64,000 nt of DNA, taken from positions 87,050,001 to 87,114,000 of the forward strand of contig OZ076409.1 of the NCBI GenBank assembly GCA_964187785.1, given 5' to 3'. This DNA comes from Amphiscolops sp. MND2022. Lineage: Eukaryota. Of this stretch, positions 1-13,133 are shown piece after piece. Below the pieces are notes generated by a model, which was not told where the DNA came from, made no database searches, and was given only the letters and a program-made list of their open reading frames with translations. The first letter of the stretch is position 1. Each line of letters begins with the position of its first letter. The position numbers and the translations under genes were made by a program.

Positions 1-693
1 AACAAATATTAACGATGTATAAACGATGAAACATTTCCATCGGTTTTACATCGTCGTGTAAGTTAGCGTCAATTGAAGAAACAACAAGTTTCATCGGTTT
101 CACATCGTCATTCTAAATTCTCTTTCCTGACTGTGCTATGTGGCCAGACGATGTATTATAGATGAAACTTGTTTACTTTGTACTGGAATAAGAGATTCAG
201 CACAGATTTCATCGTTTTAGCATCTTCAATCAATTATTAGACTTGTCACGTTAGTTTGCTCTGAGGCAGGAGCTTCCTAACAGTCTTAGTTCTATTTTCT
301 CCATTTAGCGGTCCAGTTTGACCGAGAAAGCTATCCTCTTTTCTCGTGACAAGCCATTAAATATAAAATAGCATCATTTGCTTATTAGCACGATCATGAA
401 TTGCGGACAAACGGAACTAGAATGCTCAGTATTAAATAAATAAATAGCTCAAATCTCACTGGGGAAATGGGATTAGGTATAAGTAACGTAGGGTTGCTCA
501 CAACCATAGATCTTATTATATGACATCATATTGCCCATATCTAAGTACATAAGACATTTTTATTTACATTACAGATTTTTAGTAGATTATAATTCCATCA
601 TGCTGGCATGACAGGTGCCCTATAGTTTGACGTGAATTGCTCTACATGGTGAGTGAGTTCCATCCAATGCGTGGACGTGGTTTAGAGAAAGGC

Positions 694-1238
694 TTTTAGT
701 CGGCGCTTCATTACGTGAAACGCGACTTTTATAGTGACTCTTTTTTTCAAGCCACTCGAACTGAACAAAATAGTTCTACAAAGTTCTAGGAAATTTTATC
801 TTGTCAAATGGAACCATTTGACCTAGCGAACTGAATTAAAAAACGTGTTCTTTTTTTCCACGTAACATACAATACCGGACGAGACCGAAAGGTCCACCTT
901 TCATTTTTTTGATATTTTGCAACTGAAGGGATGTTGAAAAAGCCCCCAAAGGGCCCCCTACTACACCTTTTGGCACTATGAGACTGTTCAAAATTATCTT
1001 TTTTCGTTTTTTTTGACAATTTTTTTAATGCCTCCAAAGGGTCCCCCTTTTTTGATATTTTGCAACAAACTGAATTTTCAAGAAGCCCAAAGGGTCCCCC
1101 CTTTTACAGTTTTCGGCATTGTGAGATTTTTCTAATTGGTTGTTTTTCGACTTGAAAATTGTTTTTTTTTGTTTTTAAAACCTTTTCGTTTTTTGAGCCT
1201 CAGATATAGCGCCGACTTTAGACGTTCCCTTCTTGTTT
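694..1238 (+). mobile_element. Non-autonomous Helentron-type element (HINE/DINE-1-like), family A
   Basis: 5' TTTT-AGTCGGCGC and 3' sub-terminal inverted repeat GCGCCGACT, then a degenerate hairpin and a CTTGTTT end; internal tandem 'gggtccccc/gatattttgcaac' repeats; no TSD; several copies in the window. Confidence 0.75.
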
Positions 1239-1382
1239 ATTGTGAAGTGACGAAAGAATTCGCATCACTCAATCAATGAGAGAAACCATTCTAACAGGTT
1301 TTCTTGTTGTTCTCTGTTCAAAATATATGTTCTTTGAGCTTGAAAGCTTCATCGTTTGCTTTTTTGGCTCTGTGAGATTATT

Positions 1383-3504
1383 AACAAACCGGGAAAGGCA
1401 TAAGTCGGCGCCATACCAAAGGCACAAAAATAGCAAAAGGACTTCCAAGTTTCGAGTATTTTCTTTTACAGTACTCAAACATCGAAAAACCAAAAGAAAT
1501 GGACCAAGTGGCGCGCCGGGGCCAGCTAGCGCGAGCCCCTGGCGCGCTAAAAGGATGACACTTTCGAAATTGTCAACATTTTTGTTGCAACTGACGGGGG
1601 GACCCTTTGGAGAAAAAAATTTTCGAAAAAAGTCTCACATTGCCAAAAAATTGAAAAGGGGGACCCTCTTAAGATTTTTCAACATTCACTCTGTTGTAAA
1701 ATATCATAGAAACTAAAGGGGGACCTTTTGGAGGAAAAAAAATTCAAAACAAAAGTCTCACAATACCAAAATACTGAACGGGGACACCCTTTGGGGTTTT
1801 TCAACATCCATTCTGTCGCAAAACATCAAAAAATTGAAGGGGGACCCTTTGGGGAAAAAATTCCCGAAAACAAAGTCTCGCAGTGCCGAAAAAAAATGAA
1901 AGGGGGGACCCTTTCGTCTCGCCCGGTATGGTATGTTACGCAGGAAAGCAGGTGTCGCGGGCTGCCGCCTGCGATGGGAATTTCTACACAATAAGCTACA
2001 GCTGTCATCGAGACCTTTCCGGTACTCTCCACCTGAATTAAAACTAATTTCTCAACAAACTCTGAAGCAACGTGTTCAAATGTTCCTTTGCTTGTCGCCT
2101 TGGACCAGCAGTCTACGAGAATTTTAACCAATTACAGCGCAGTAAGCTTGTTGAACACCGCCGCTTAGTACAGCAATTATTCATCTTGTCGGTGCTATGG
2201 CAACGGGACTACCAGTCCACTTTGGAATGCAATATGCTATGCAAAGATGTAATTGATAACTTTTGTACAGCCCTTAAGGCCTATAGTAAATTGCTATTAC
2301 GGGTGCGCATAATTTCTGGTTGAATTTCGCACCTGGAACTGTGTTGAACTCTCAGTCCTTTTTCCATCTTTATCTCTGAAGCTTTCCCAAATGTGAAGCT
2401 GGTTTCCATAAATAGTCCATATTATGAAGTGCCATGGATTATGGCCCTTGTGTCCATCTACTATTTCTCTTCACATGCTATACATGTAAACCAATATGAG
2501 TTGTTTCACATGTAATGTTATTTAACGTGATTCAATTAAACGGCCTACAAGGCTACGTGAACACCTGTTGCCGCTGTTGCTGTATATATACTGATTGCGT
2601 CATGTTGCTGCTATTTTTAGAACTACGTCATTGTGTTTGTAAGGACACGTAGTCCTTTGCAGCTTGCAGCTATTTGTAGAACTCCTGTTCTAAAATTAGG
2701 TTGATGACACTCTTTATTTTGGAAGTCATGCAGTGTTGGATTTAAATAACTGGGACCTGTAGTCCCGAGAACACAATTTTCCCTGAGATATTCACAATCA
2801 GTTCGTTGATACCCAATCGAATAAAACTCTGTTTGCAAGCCTGAGAACTTAATTTAAATTCTTACCTCTTGCAATAATCTCTTATGCCTTCTACTAGACG
2901 CCAGAAAGCGAGAGCTAGAAAATCTAGATAGATGGACATGTTGTCCCATATAGATAATTTGGACGTGATGCTAGGAAATGGGTATAGTAATCCCAGAAAA
3001 AGAGAGACCAGTATGCAAGTTTCCTTATGAAAACAATCTCCACAGACAAAGCGATGTTAGACAATCCTTCGAGACCTTTTCAAATGAAGTTAATCTCAGA
3101 TTATCTCAAGAGATGGACTCAATGATGTCTATGATGCATAGTCAAATAAATAGAGCCATTAGCACTGCTATAGCTGAGAGAGTTATCCCTGAGATCCAAA
3201 ACATTGTGATCTCGATGTCCTCTTCAGGGAACAGGGACATTGAGGCCAGTGTGTCACCAAATAGTCAGGAAAATAAGGAATTTTAATACGGGTGAAAGTC
3301 AAAATTTACAAAAAAGGACTCATGGTCCGCGTGTGATTTGAGAGACACCACAGGCCGTGGTCATTACAGCAGGAAAAAAACTTTTTTGGTCCGGTTCGCT
3401 AGATTAAATGGTGCAATTCGACACCATAATATTTGGTAGAACTTTTAAGAACTGTTTCTGTCAGTTCGTGTGGATAAAAAAATTCATGAAGCGCCGACTA
3501 AAAA
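1383..3504 (-). mobile_element. HINE family A copy interrupted by a solo LTR
   Basis: Starts AACAAACCGGGAAAGGCATAAGTCGGCGC and ends GCGCCGACTAAAA (3491-3504); the sequence resumes colinearly after the 1953-3368 insertion. Confidence 0.75.
1953..3368 (+). mobile_element. Solo LTR (1416 bp) of a Gypsy-like family carrying a degenerate gag N-terminus
   Basis: TG...CA ends; exact 5-bp TSD GCAGG (1948-1952 and 3369-3373); decayed ORF from ATG 2884 (MPSTRRQKARARKSR...LSQEMDSMMSMMHSQINRAI). Confidence 0.85.
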
Positions 3505-3549
3505 GTTTTGGAACAAAAAAATTTTTTTTTCACTATTTTTTTGGAAAGT

Positions 3550-6092
3550 TTTTTTATAAAAAAGCATCAAGTTTTTCAGTAAGCAAAAGTTCTGAACTGA
3601 ATCCATGTCCGCCAAAAAGTCTTTCTTGTATTTTTTAATTGTTTAACTTTTTCAAAAAACACGAACGAGGCCAAATTTTCCCTAGTTGTGGGTTTTTGGC
3701 ACTTGGCATCATTGTTTGATGAAATTTTTTGTTGCTACGTCGTCTCATTTTCGTTTTTTAAGCGTTCAAAGAAAAAATTCGTTTTTCATGACTGATTGTG
3801 CGAAGTTTTTAGTAAATTTTTTAGAAAAGTAGATTTAGTAAAAGTAGTAAATTTTGGGAATTTATGGAGAAAGATGTTGACACCGAAAAGACTTTACAAT
3901 TGATTTTTGATGCTTGGTAAGATCATCTTTTGGGTTTTCCCCGGTATTGTAGTTTTTTAATTTTGTTTTTCGCCAAAAAGTTTCCAATGCCGGAGTTTGT
4001 ATCTAATCAATGTGAAAGCTTAGTAATTTTTCAAACTGAGTAGTATTTAGTATATTTTCTGATATAACGTCTTTTCTGATGAAAATTTTGCTATAAACCA
4101 AAGTGAGTATTGTCAAAATCTGTTTGATTTTATTATTTTCCGCCCATATTTCATATGGGAAAGGAAAATATTTAAATCAAACGGGTTTTTTTTTTTTACA
4201 AAATTTGCCAAGATTTTATTTATATTTAAATTTAAGGGTGTTACCCATAGAATTCAACCCACATAAATTTAGCTTCGTGCGATATGTATTTGTAGAGATT
4301 TTTGAAGTTTTTATTTTCCGCCCATATTTCATATGGGAAAGGAAAATATTTAAATCAAACGGGTTTTTTTTTTTTTACAAAATTTGCCAAGATTTTATTT
4401 ATATTTAAATTTAAGGGTGTTACCCATAGAATTCAACCCACATAAATTTAGCTTCGTGCGATATGTATTTGTAGAGATTTTTGAAGTTTTTTTAAAAAAT
4501 GACGAAAATGACGAAAATGACCCCTTAATGACAAAATGACCCCTTAATGACAAAATGACCCCGAAAATGACAAAAATTCCCAAATTTCTCATTTTTAAAC
4601 ATTTTTATGCAATTTTTGCCATTTTTTGAGACACCGCGAATTAGAAAAATGGACAAGATGAATCGAAGCTTTCTTTTCTTCGAACTTCTCAGCGTTTTTA
4701 TAGTGCATTAGTTATTCTTGAGCCTCAAATTTATGTAGTTGTAGAACAGTTCGGGGCGGAAAATATCCCGCTCCTCAGCGGGCGTCTTGTTTAAATTGAC
4801 CAACAAATTTACAGTATACAAAACGTATAACACGATAAACAACTAGTTGATATCACGTTTTTCATTGTATATTATTTTTTTTTTAATGTTTTGCCGCGAT
4901 GAGTGTGTTTTTTACTGATATCCCAATGAAGTTCTGGTATTCTACTAGCGCAAATATTATAGGACCGGTTCCTGTTATGACAAACGAGAGAAAGCTGTTT
5001 ATCCCAATTGGGATTTGAAGGTGTCTGGTTTTTCTGAAGACGTATTAGCAGAATACACGACAAATATCACAGTGTCACTGTGCTTCTTGTTATAGTTCGG
5101 TAACCCGCCTTCTATCAGCGTCACTTGACACCCGGTTTTTTATAATAAAGAGTCGAGTTTTTCAGTAAAGAAAAGTTCTGAACTGAATCCATTTCCGCAA
5201 AAAGGTCTTCATTGTTTTTTTTTACTAATTTAACCTTTTCAAAAAACACGAAAAACACGAACGAGACCAAATTCTCCCTAGTTGTGGGTTTTTGGCACTT
5301 GGCATCATTGTTTGATGAAATTTTTTGTTGCTACGTGGTCTCATTTTCGTTTTTTAAGCGTTCAAAGAAAAAATTCGTTTTTCATGACTGAATGTGCGAA
5401 GTTTTTAGTAAAATTTTTAGTAAAGTAGATTTAGTATTTATGGAGAATTTTATGGAGAGTAGTATTTTGAGAATTTATGGAGAAAGATGTTGACACCGAA
5501 AAGATTTTACAATTGATTTTTGATGCTTAGTAAGATCATCTTTTGGGTTTTCCCCGGCAATGTAGTTTTTTAATTTTGATTCTCGCCAAAAAGTTTCCAA
5601 TGCCGGAGTTTGTATCTAATCAATGTCAAAGCTTAGTAATTTTTCAAACTGTGTAGTGTTTGGTATATTTTCTGATATAACGTCTTTTCTGATGAAAACT
5701 TTGCTATACACCAAAGTGAGTATTGTCAAAATCCATTTGATTTTATTTAAATTGACCAACAAATTTACAGTTTACAAAACGTATAACACGATAAACAACT
5801 AGTTGATATCATGTTTTTCATATCATATTCTAATTTTTTAAATGTTTTGCCGCGATGAGTGTGTTTGGACTGATATCACAATGGAGTTCTTGTGTTCTAC
5901 TAGCTTAAATTTTATAGAACCGGTTCCTGTTATGACAAACGAGAGAAAGCTGTTTATCCCAATTGGGATTTGAAGGTGTCTGGTTTTTTGTGAAGACGTG
6001 TTAGCAGAATACACGACAAATATCACAGTGTCACTGTGCTTCTTGTTATAGTTCCGTAACCCCCCTCCTATCAGCGTCACTTGACACCCGGA
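3550..6092. repeat. Tandem duplication of a ~950-bp unit; the first copy carries a HINE insertion
   Basis: ~3550-4131 plus 4792-5135 is repeated at ~5136-6092 with high identity. Confidence 0.85.
4132..4791 (+). mobile_element. HINE family B with an internal 178-bp tandem duplication
   Basis: 5' TATTTTCCGCCC and 3' GGGCGGAAAATA sub-TIRs, hairpin CCCGCT-CCTC-AGCGGG, CTTGTT end; the empty site in the duplicate copy (~5740-5752) is a T-run with no TSD. Confidence 0.8.
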
Positions 6093-6843
6093 GTCGGCAG
6101 TTTTCAAAAAGTCATAAAAGTCTGCAGTAAAAAATCAAGTGAATTTCACCTCGAATTACTCAAAAATGAGTCGAATAGCTGTTTGTGTCGTAAATCTGAT
6201 TCTGAAAGATATAAACGCGTTGTGATAGAAACGTTTGTTAGCAATTTTAACAAAGTTTGAGATTTTCTTCTTTGGTTTTCAGATGATTCTTCTTGATAAT
6301 CCAACTGGTTGAAATTGAATTTTTGTTGTTTCGAATTTTTTCAAAATTTTGTCAGGATTCTATTGCTTGTTTTCTTGTATGGACAGTTCCAATGAAATCA
6401 TAGCTCTTCGCAGAATTGATTCCTTAGATAAAAAAGTACAAATACTCCGAAATAGTTGATTTGCAAAATGAAACGTTTTGAGGGTGATCAGTGGAGGATG
6501 CGCTTTCCGTAGGATTACAAAAAAAAAACAAATATTTCCGAAAGTCTAATGACTTTAAATGTCAAAAGTTACGATTTAAAAAGAAACTCTAAAATTATTA
6601 TATGTTAAAACGTATTTTCAAAAATTGTGTTTTATTCGTGATAGAAACACTCCATCCAAACAGCATTGTAAACTAAAAGAAACATTCTCGAGAACCTTTT
6701 TTGGACCGTCTTCAAAAAATGTCTGCGCGTTTTGAGTTTTCATGCTACGTAATTCAAAAACGATTGTGTTCTTTGTGCCATTACTGTTCTATAGAGCTGT
6801 ATATACTTACTATTCACTGTACAATACACTAATATTAACTCAC

Positions 6844-8971
6844 CTGGGTAATCAGTGAGTATTTTCAGGCTGTTCAAACTTGATTGGAGTTCGCGTAGTC
6901 TTTGTCGGTAATAAAGGTGCTGATCATTCAGATGAGTGGCGAACTTTGAAAATCTCTCTCTGTATTGTAGAGGAAATATAATAGAGAAAACCGGATTGTT
7001 CAAATGGCACACGATGGCTTTGATAGCTGCGAGAGGGAGACAATTTGAGAACATGCCAAAGGAAGGCTGACAGAGAATGTCGAAATGAACAGATTGCAAT
7101 GAAACAACTTCAGATGGGAAAAATTCGTTGGTGAAAGATAGAAGCGAAGCTGCTGTTCCATCAGTTCGAACCAATTCACAGGGCTTTTTCAGATTTAAAT
7201 TTGAATTGTTGCTGATGTTGAAATTCGCAGTAATAATCCAAGCATACTGTGATAGACACTTTTTTACTTCACCGTTCATGGAATAATTTTCCAAAGCATA
7301 TAAAAGGACTTTGTAAGCATTCTCAATATAAATTGACCCACTGTTTAGGACTTGATGAATTCTAGGCATCATTTCATTCAAGAAGAATTCAATGGTTTTG
7401 ATTTTCTGACCGCAGAGCTGCGCCCTGAATGTTCTCAAAGCAGACAGCACACGAGGAGTAATTTGCAACCATATCTGATTGGTTGACAGAACGAATGAGC
7501 ATTGAACTAGTGCGTTTTGTATATTCAATGGAATAAGTTCACTGAAAATGAAGGTGCCGTTTTCTCCCAAGGCGTGGTAAGTTCCAAATTTCTTGCTCAG
7601 GAACACCTTCATGTTCAAATCCTGAGTTAATTTAGTATAGAATGAGCGGATTAACTTTTGCATAAGAGCATCTGCGAAGGAACTGGAAGATGGAAACAAG
7701 TTGAAGAGGTGCTCCGGTTGATACGTTCTGCTTTTGACTAAGACAGCTGCACAAAGCGCGGGAACCACTGCTTTTTCAATCAAAGCTCGATTCCATGCTC
7801 CATTACTTCTCACACCTCTAGATTTGTCGTCCATGGTGTTGAATTCCAGGTACCTTCTAGATGACGTCACCGCAAACGTCGCATTTACGAGGAAAGGCAG
7901 TCCTGTGTTGGGGGGCATTGGAAGGGGCAGAAAACAGAAAAGCAGCTTGCTCTTCGTGTTGGTATTCAAATTCAAATCTACAGATGGAAAGGCAATAGCT
8001 CCTATACTTCGAGTACCATCTGATGATTTGTCTCCGGGAGATTCGACAAAAATATCCCATGATGTCTCGGTTCCTGCTATCCGATCGTGAATGCAAATTT
8101 GGAAAGATCGACTGAAACAATCTTGGTCACCGAAAAGAACCTGGGCGGAGTTAGATGAACCATTTCTAAACGTTCTCTCATACATGGACAAGGTCTGAAA
8201 CTGTGTTTCACCTTCGTACCACACAGCAAGTCGGAATTTGTCCACAAATTGAAGGAAAAGAAGAAACAGATTTGCATGTTCTTTTGTCATTTCAATCAAC
8301 TGTAATGCTTCTTCAGTTGTATATGGGTTGTTGCATATGTCACTCACCAAAGCGTTCTCCTCAGTTCTCAATGGAAATCGGAAAATGGTTCCTTCGTACT
8401 TCAAACCTCTTGATGCCCGTTCTATTAGGAACCCAAAAAAATTATCGAAAGGCTTCAATTGTCCTTTAATTTTTTCTGCTACAGATTGGGTTGACTGTGG
8501 GATGCTTTCCTTCAATTTGAACATTTTCCCTCTTTTTCCATTGAAATATTTTTCATGAGGATCCAAGACACAAAAATGATCTCCACTCACAAACTGGGGC
8601 AAGTCTGTCAAATTGTACACGGAGTTGAAACCGAGTCCAAACTTGCCAACCTTTTTGCGGTCTTCCAGTTTAGTTTCACCGCCAAACTCACACAAGTTCT
8701 GGAAGTCTGCCGGGGAGAAAGTTTGGTTGTTCCAGAACACCAGAGCGGGCCCTTGAAAACCTTTGACTTTGGCGTTGATCAAGTTATCGGTACTGTGTCG
8801 TCTCAAGTCTAGAAGGAGGCAGCACTCCGAAGCTTGGGCGTCGTCTGCATTTTGAATGAGTTCTTTTGGAACAGGCAACCCATCCGGATAATCCTTCAGT
8901 AAGTTCCTGATACGACGAGTCAGAGGTTCTCTCTGCCCATAATCAGTCCCGAAATCTGTGAAGTCATCCAT
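6844..8971 (-). CDS. Sacsin-like protein, large exon encoding one sacsin repeat region (HSP90/GHKL-type ATPase fold)
   Basis: Motifs GQREPLTRRIRNLLKDYP, KELIQNADDA, GPAL, VGKFGLGFNSVY, LDPH, GTIFRFPLR, FCFLPLP-TGLPFLVNATFAV, WNRALI; probable ATG 8971 after an upstream GT-AG intron (9095-8986); GTGAGT donor at 6843; downstream exons not identified. Confidence 0.9.
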
Positions 8972-9576
8972 TATTAATGCCACCACTGAAACAGAACAAA
9001 AACAAGACATTAACGTTTTTCAGTTTGAAGAAGTTTTTTTGATTAGGCAAACTTGTTTTCATCTTCAGATTGAGTTTCGAAAAAGTAAAGCTTACCTTAA
9101 TAATATGGTAAGCTAGTTGATAAAAACTGAGAGGTCCCTAATTGTTCAACTCGTGTAAATTGGCCATTTTTTGTACGGAGAGCCTGAAGCAATCATTTGA
9201 AGAAATCAGTTTCATTAGCTACCTAGGGATGTGCAAAAACATTTACTCCAAAGAAAATGTTTCCGAGAAATTGAACTTGTGCCCCCGAGCTTCAAGATGC
9301 TTTGTGACCGCTGGAAATTATAGATTCGTGATTTGTTTAAACATCAATCCTAGTTGCACAGGTAGCAAATGTGGGACTTTCAAAAGGAGTGAAGTATTGA
9401 AAAAGAATTGATATAGTCATTCTACGATATTCCATTCGTACCATCAAAAGCACTTTGAAAGCTTTATTCATAATGTAAGAAATATTGAAAAAAACTAAAA
9501 ACCTTGTAGATTCTTGAAATCCGTAGTGAGAAGCCTCGCCAAGAGTTTCAAATGAAAAAATAATAGCAAGTCATTT

Positions 9577-10083
9577 AAAAGCAAGCCGGGAACGGCATAA
9601 GTCGGCGCCATATCTAAGGCTCAAAAATAGCAAGAGAACATCAAAGTGTCAAAAATGCTCAAAATATCAATCTCACAAAAAATTTTCGAAAAACATCCAA
9701 AAAACCCAAACGACTGAACTGGCGGGTCGGGTGACCGCTAGCGCGGGCCTTTGACGCGCTAAAAGGAGACCATTTAGGATTTTCCAACATCCATTCTGTC
9801 GCAAAACATCAAAAAATTGAATGGGGGACCCCTTGGAGAAAAAATTTTTCGAATAAACGTCTCACAATGCCGAAAAAAACTGAAAAGGGGAATTTTAGTC
9901 TCGCCCGGTATTGTATCTTACGCTGAAAAAAGGAACAACTTTTATATTTCAGTTCCTTGTGCCAAATTATCCAATTCTTAAAGTTTCGTAGAACTTTGTA
10001 GAACTTTTTTGGTCAGTTCGTGTGGATTGGAAAAAAGAATCACATTATAGTCGTGTTTCACTTCATGAAGCGCCGACTAAAAA
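9577..10083 (-). mobile_element. HINE family A copy
   Basis: AAGCAAGCCGGGAACGGC (intact GCCG-GGAA-CGGC hairpin) + ATAAGTCGGCGC ... GCGCCGACTAAAA. Confidence 0.8.
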
Positions 10084-10523
10084 GTACGTTTCACATTCTG
10101 ATTTTCAAAACTTCGGGTTGTTCTATTACAAACGCTAATCCGAAAGGCAGCACCCGAACAGAATGACAGTATACTAACATGGATGGTTTCTGCGATTTCA
10201 TTCAGCACCGGTTGTTCGTGATTTGAGCAGCAATCTTCAATCACCAGCATTGTAGACTGCTCAAACGTATGAAACAGTGTACTCAAAGAAGCAATTGCAT
10301 ACATTAATGTAGAAAATAATAGAAACAGAATAACCACCAGAACAGCAGCTTTATGTTCACGAAGAGTTCTGGTTTCGTTACCATAACACCAATAATGGAA
10401 TATGTTTCTCAAATTTATATATGTCAGATAAGCAATTTCGCACGCGAGAAATTTCTGAGAAAAGCTGAAACCATTTTTTCGTGCAATAAATAATGCAATT
10501 GCATATACTGTGTTATCTAACAA
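10084..10523 (-). CDS. Possible exon or fragment of a membrane protein
   Basis: ~146-codon ORF with hydrophobic segments (AAVLVVILFLLFSTLMYAIASL) ending at the HINE boundary; no recognisable family. Confidence 0.2.
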
Positions 10524-10599
10524 TGTTAGGTACAGTGGATGTCATTAGAAGATGCAATTCTTCAAAACCATAGCTGTATTGTCATGTAGACGGGATGGG

Positions 10600-10778
10600 G
10601 ATCTTTTCTGTAAAGATCCCCCTTCCCACAGTTCACGCAATCGATGTGGCTTGCAGTTACAGTTAAAAAATACTGAAAATTGATTGGCTGTAATTATTAA
10701 TTCAATGATAATTTCGCTCGACGTTAGCTTAACTCGGGGAATAAATTGGTTGGATGGGGGTATTTAACAGAAAAGATC
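10600..10778. repeat. Small inverted-repeat (MITE-like) element
   Basis: GATCTTTTCTGTAAAGATCCCCC versus GGGGGTATTTAACAGAAAAGATC, imperfect ~23-bp inverted repeats. Confidence 0.45.
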
Positions 10779-11179
10779 GCGAAATGGTAGAAACTCACAT
10801 GGTTTTTTAGTTTATTTCACAGCGCTTTTTACGAGGAAAGAAGTCATGTTGAAATTGACAATTTACATCAACAAACACGCTCTTGTTGGACTTTTTTGAA
10901 CTTTTTACATGTTCTTTAAAGTTACCAGCAATATTTATCATGATTTCTAAAACTCTTACGGAAAACGTGATGGTGTTGATAACGAAATTTTTACTATTTC
11001 CCTACAAAATTTTCTGGTGAAAGCAGTTGTCATTGCAACTTATAAACAAACTACAACTACATATTTAGGCAAACCATTTGGAAAGCGTTATTCACGAGAA
11101 GTTATCATCGAAATCTAGATGCACTATCAACCAACTATTCCACTACTCCAAACTTAGTTAAGCATATGAAAAATGATGA

Positions 11180-13133
11180 CAAGGAATAAGACCCAAGTAT
11201 TAGGACTTGAAATTTCAAATGGAATAAGACCTAAAGGAATGAGACCTAAAACTGAAAAGTAAGATAAGAAGACCAAAGAAACGAGAATATGTCCTAAAAT
11301 CCGGAATAGACCTATTGTTTTACCGGTTTGTTTTGTTCTGAAAAAAAACGTTTGAAAACTGAATTTGTTTCCAAGTTTCCCAGAAAACACAGCAAATGGA
11401 AACAAATTTATTTCTCAATAACTAATTTCTTTTTGCTCCGAATATTTTTATGCACTCATCAGATCTCGAATCATTTTGTTTGGGAACAAAATATTACCAT
11501 TCGTAAATATTTTACAATATTTTAAGTTTTTTTCCGACCTAATGTGAGGGCAAATGCAGTGTATGCATCGTCGCAAAGACCAGCTCCCACTACGATTGCT
11601 TCGCGATCTCCGTTCTCGCTATGTCCTTGCTTAGCAAAATCGGAACATAAGCGGCCCCTGGGAGCCACGGGGACCATAGGAAAGGCGACAAATCAAGGGT
11701 CACATTTTACATTTTATACTTTGAATCAATTTATTTTTCTTCGGATAAAGTTTTTTCCAAATCGGAGTTTCAGACCTTTGCTAAGTCAAATTTAGATCTT
11801 ATTCATCATTTTCAAGTTGAGCATGTCAAAGTTTTAGGTCTTATTCATTTGGACCTTGTTCTTTTAGATCTTATTTTGTAGATTTTTTTCCGTTTTCCAA
11901 TGTCTCAGATTACCGTCTGCGACTGTAACCAATACCAGGTGATGCCAGACCATGACAAAAACACTGTGCTTCCCCCACATTACTTCCTCTATAAACAACG
12001 AAGACCAACGGTCCAGCCGACTATAGAAACTACTTTATATAAAAAAACTCGTCCTGTCTAATTACTTGGATTTTTATTATTTTATTCTAATATCGTTATT
12101 AATTTAGTCATGTAATCAAGAATTAACATCTACATAAACCAGTGCATTTTGAAGATGTAAGTCGATGTGTAACTCAATGATCATGTGGTTCGATGTTTGC
12201 AAATTAGCAGTTTAGAGGAAACGCGTTCCAATAGGCCTGTACTAGATTATTTGACGCGTAGTCGACTTGATACACTGACCAATAACAAGCATTCATTATT
12301 GTGGCCCGATGGACTGCAGGAATAGAAATATTTATTTACGATGCCTTCACCTCCAAAGCAAAAGGCTAAATAGAAGCATTCTGGACAATCAGCCATATGT
12401 ATGACTTAGAGAATATGGATTATGGATGTGTTATGAGGAAACTTTCCTGAAAATGACTATGAATGTCACCCTATCCCCAGTGAAGAAGAAGAAGTGGACT
12501 CAGAGTCCAGGGAGCAACAAAAAAATGAAAGTGGAACCAATAGAAGATTTCAGGTCTCTGCTAAATTATAGTAGTACAAAGAATAGTGGAAAGACTGTTG
12601 AGACGGTTAGATTGATGAACTTTGAACCTGATATCCAAATGTCAGGAAACCTAGATGAGATAAGATTGGACCTCGACTCTCAGTTTTCCCCAAGACATAG
12701 ACTCAGCAATTGCTGAGAAAGTCTTCCCACAGTTACACATGAATGCTTGAAAACGGGATTGAATACAAAAATGGACATTCGGTCCAACGGGGTACACAGG
12801 AACACCGAATGTGGGACACGCCGCAGTTCAAGGCCAAATCAATCCACATTGGGTATCAATCGAAGTATCTTCGTTAGCTATAGAAGGGAAAGCTCATTAG
12901 ATTCCCAATCTAGCGAACAAAGTTACGACATGCTCTTTTCCCTTTCCTTTTCTCACTTCTTATTCCAGTTTCACTGAAAAAACTCAAAACACTATCATTA
13001 CCAATGAACAGAAAAAGTACCTAAAAACATGAAAACGACATATAAATTTACGTCTTATTCAGGCAAAATAGCTGATTTTTAGGTCTTGTTGACATTTTTG
13101 ATTTAGGTCTCTTTCCGTAGGATTATTATTCCC
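11180..13133. mobile_element. MULE/foldback-like non-autonomous element with (GGAATAAGACCTAA)n sub-terminal repeats, containing an LTR relic
   Basis: AATAAGACCTAA-type repeats at left, TTAGGTCTTATT-type at right; 11541-11690 is homologous (inverted) to ~61550-62070; boundaries approximate. Confidence 0.45.
11901..12930 (+). mobile_element. Degenerate LTR with a gag N-terminal remnant
   Basis: Decayed ORF from ATG 12341 (MPSPPKQKAK..., frameshifted DLENMD) resembles the remnant in the 1953-3368 solo LTR; ends GTTACGACA; 5' boundary and TSD unresolved. Confidence 0.5.

Noticed and set aside
804..2131. Short ORFs with recurring 'GGPFG/FFNIHSV' peptides (also at 49885-50232 and 62228-62730)
   Set aside because: Chance translations of the HINE internal tandem repeat
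6740..6843. Last 34 codons of the 756-aa sacsin ORF, and its first 13 codons at 8972-9010
   Set aside because: Probably intron read-through (GTGAGT donor at 6843) and intron/UTR sequence (acceptor at 8986)
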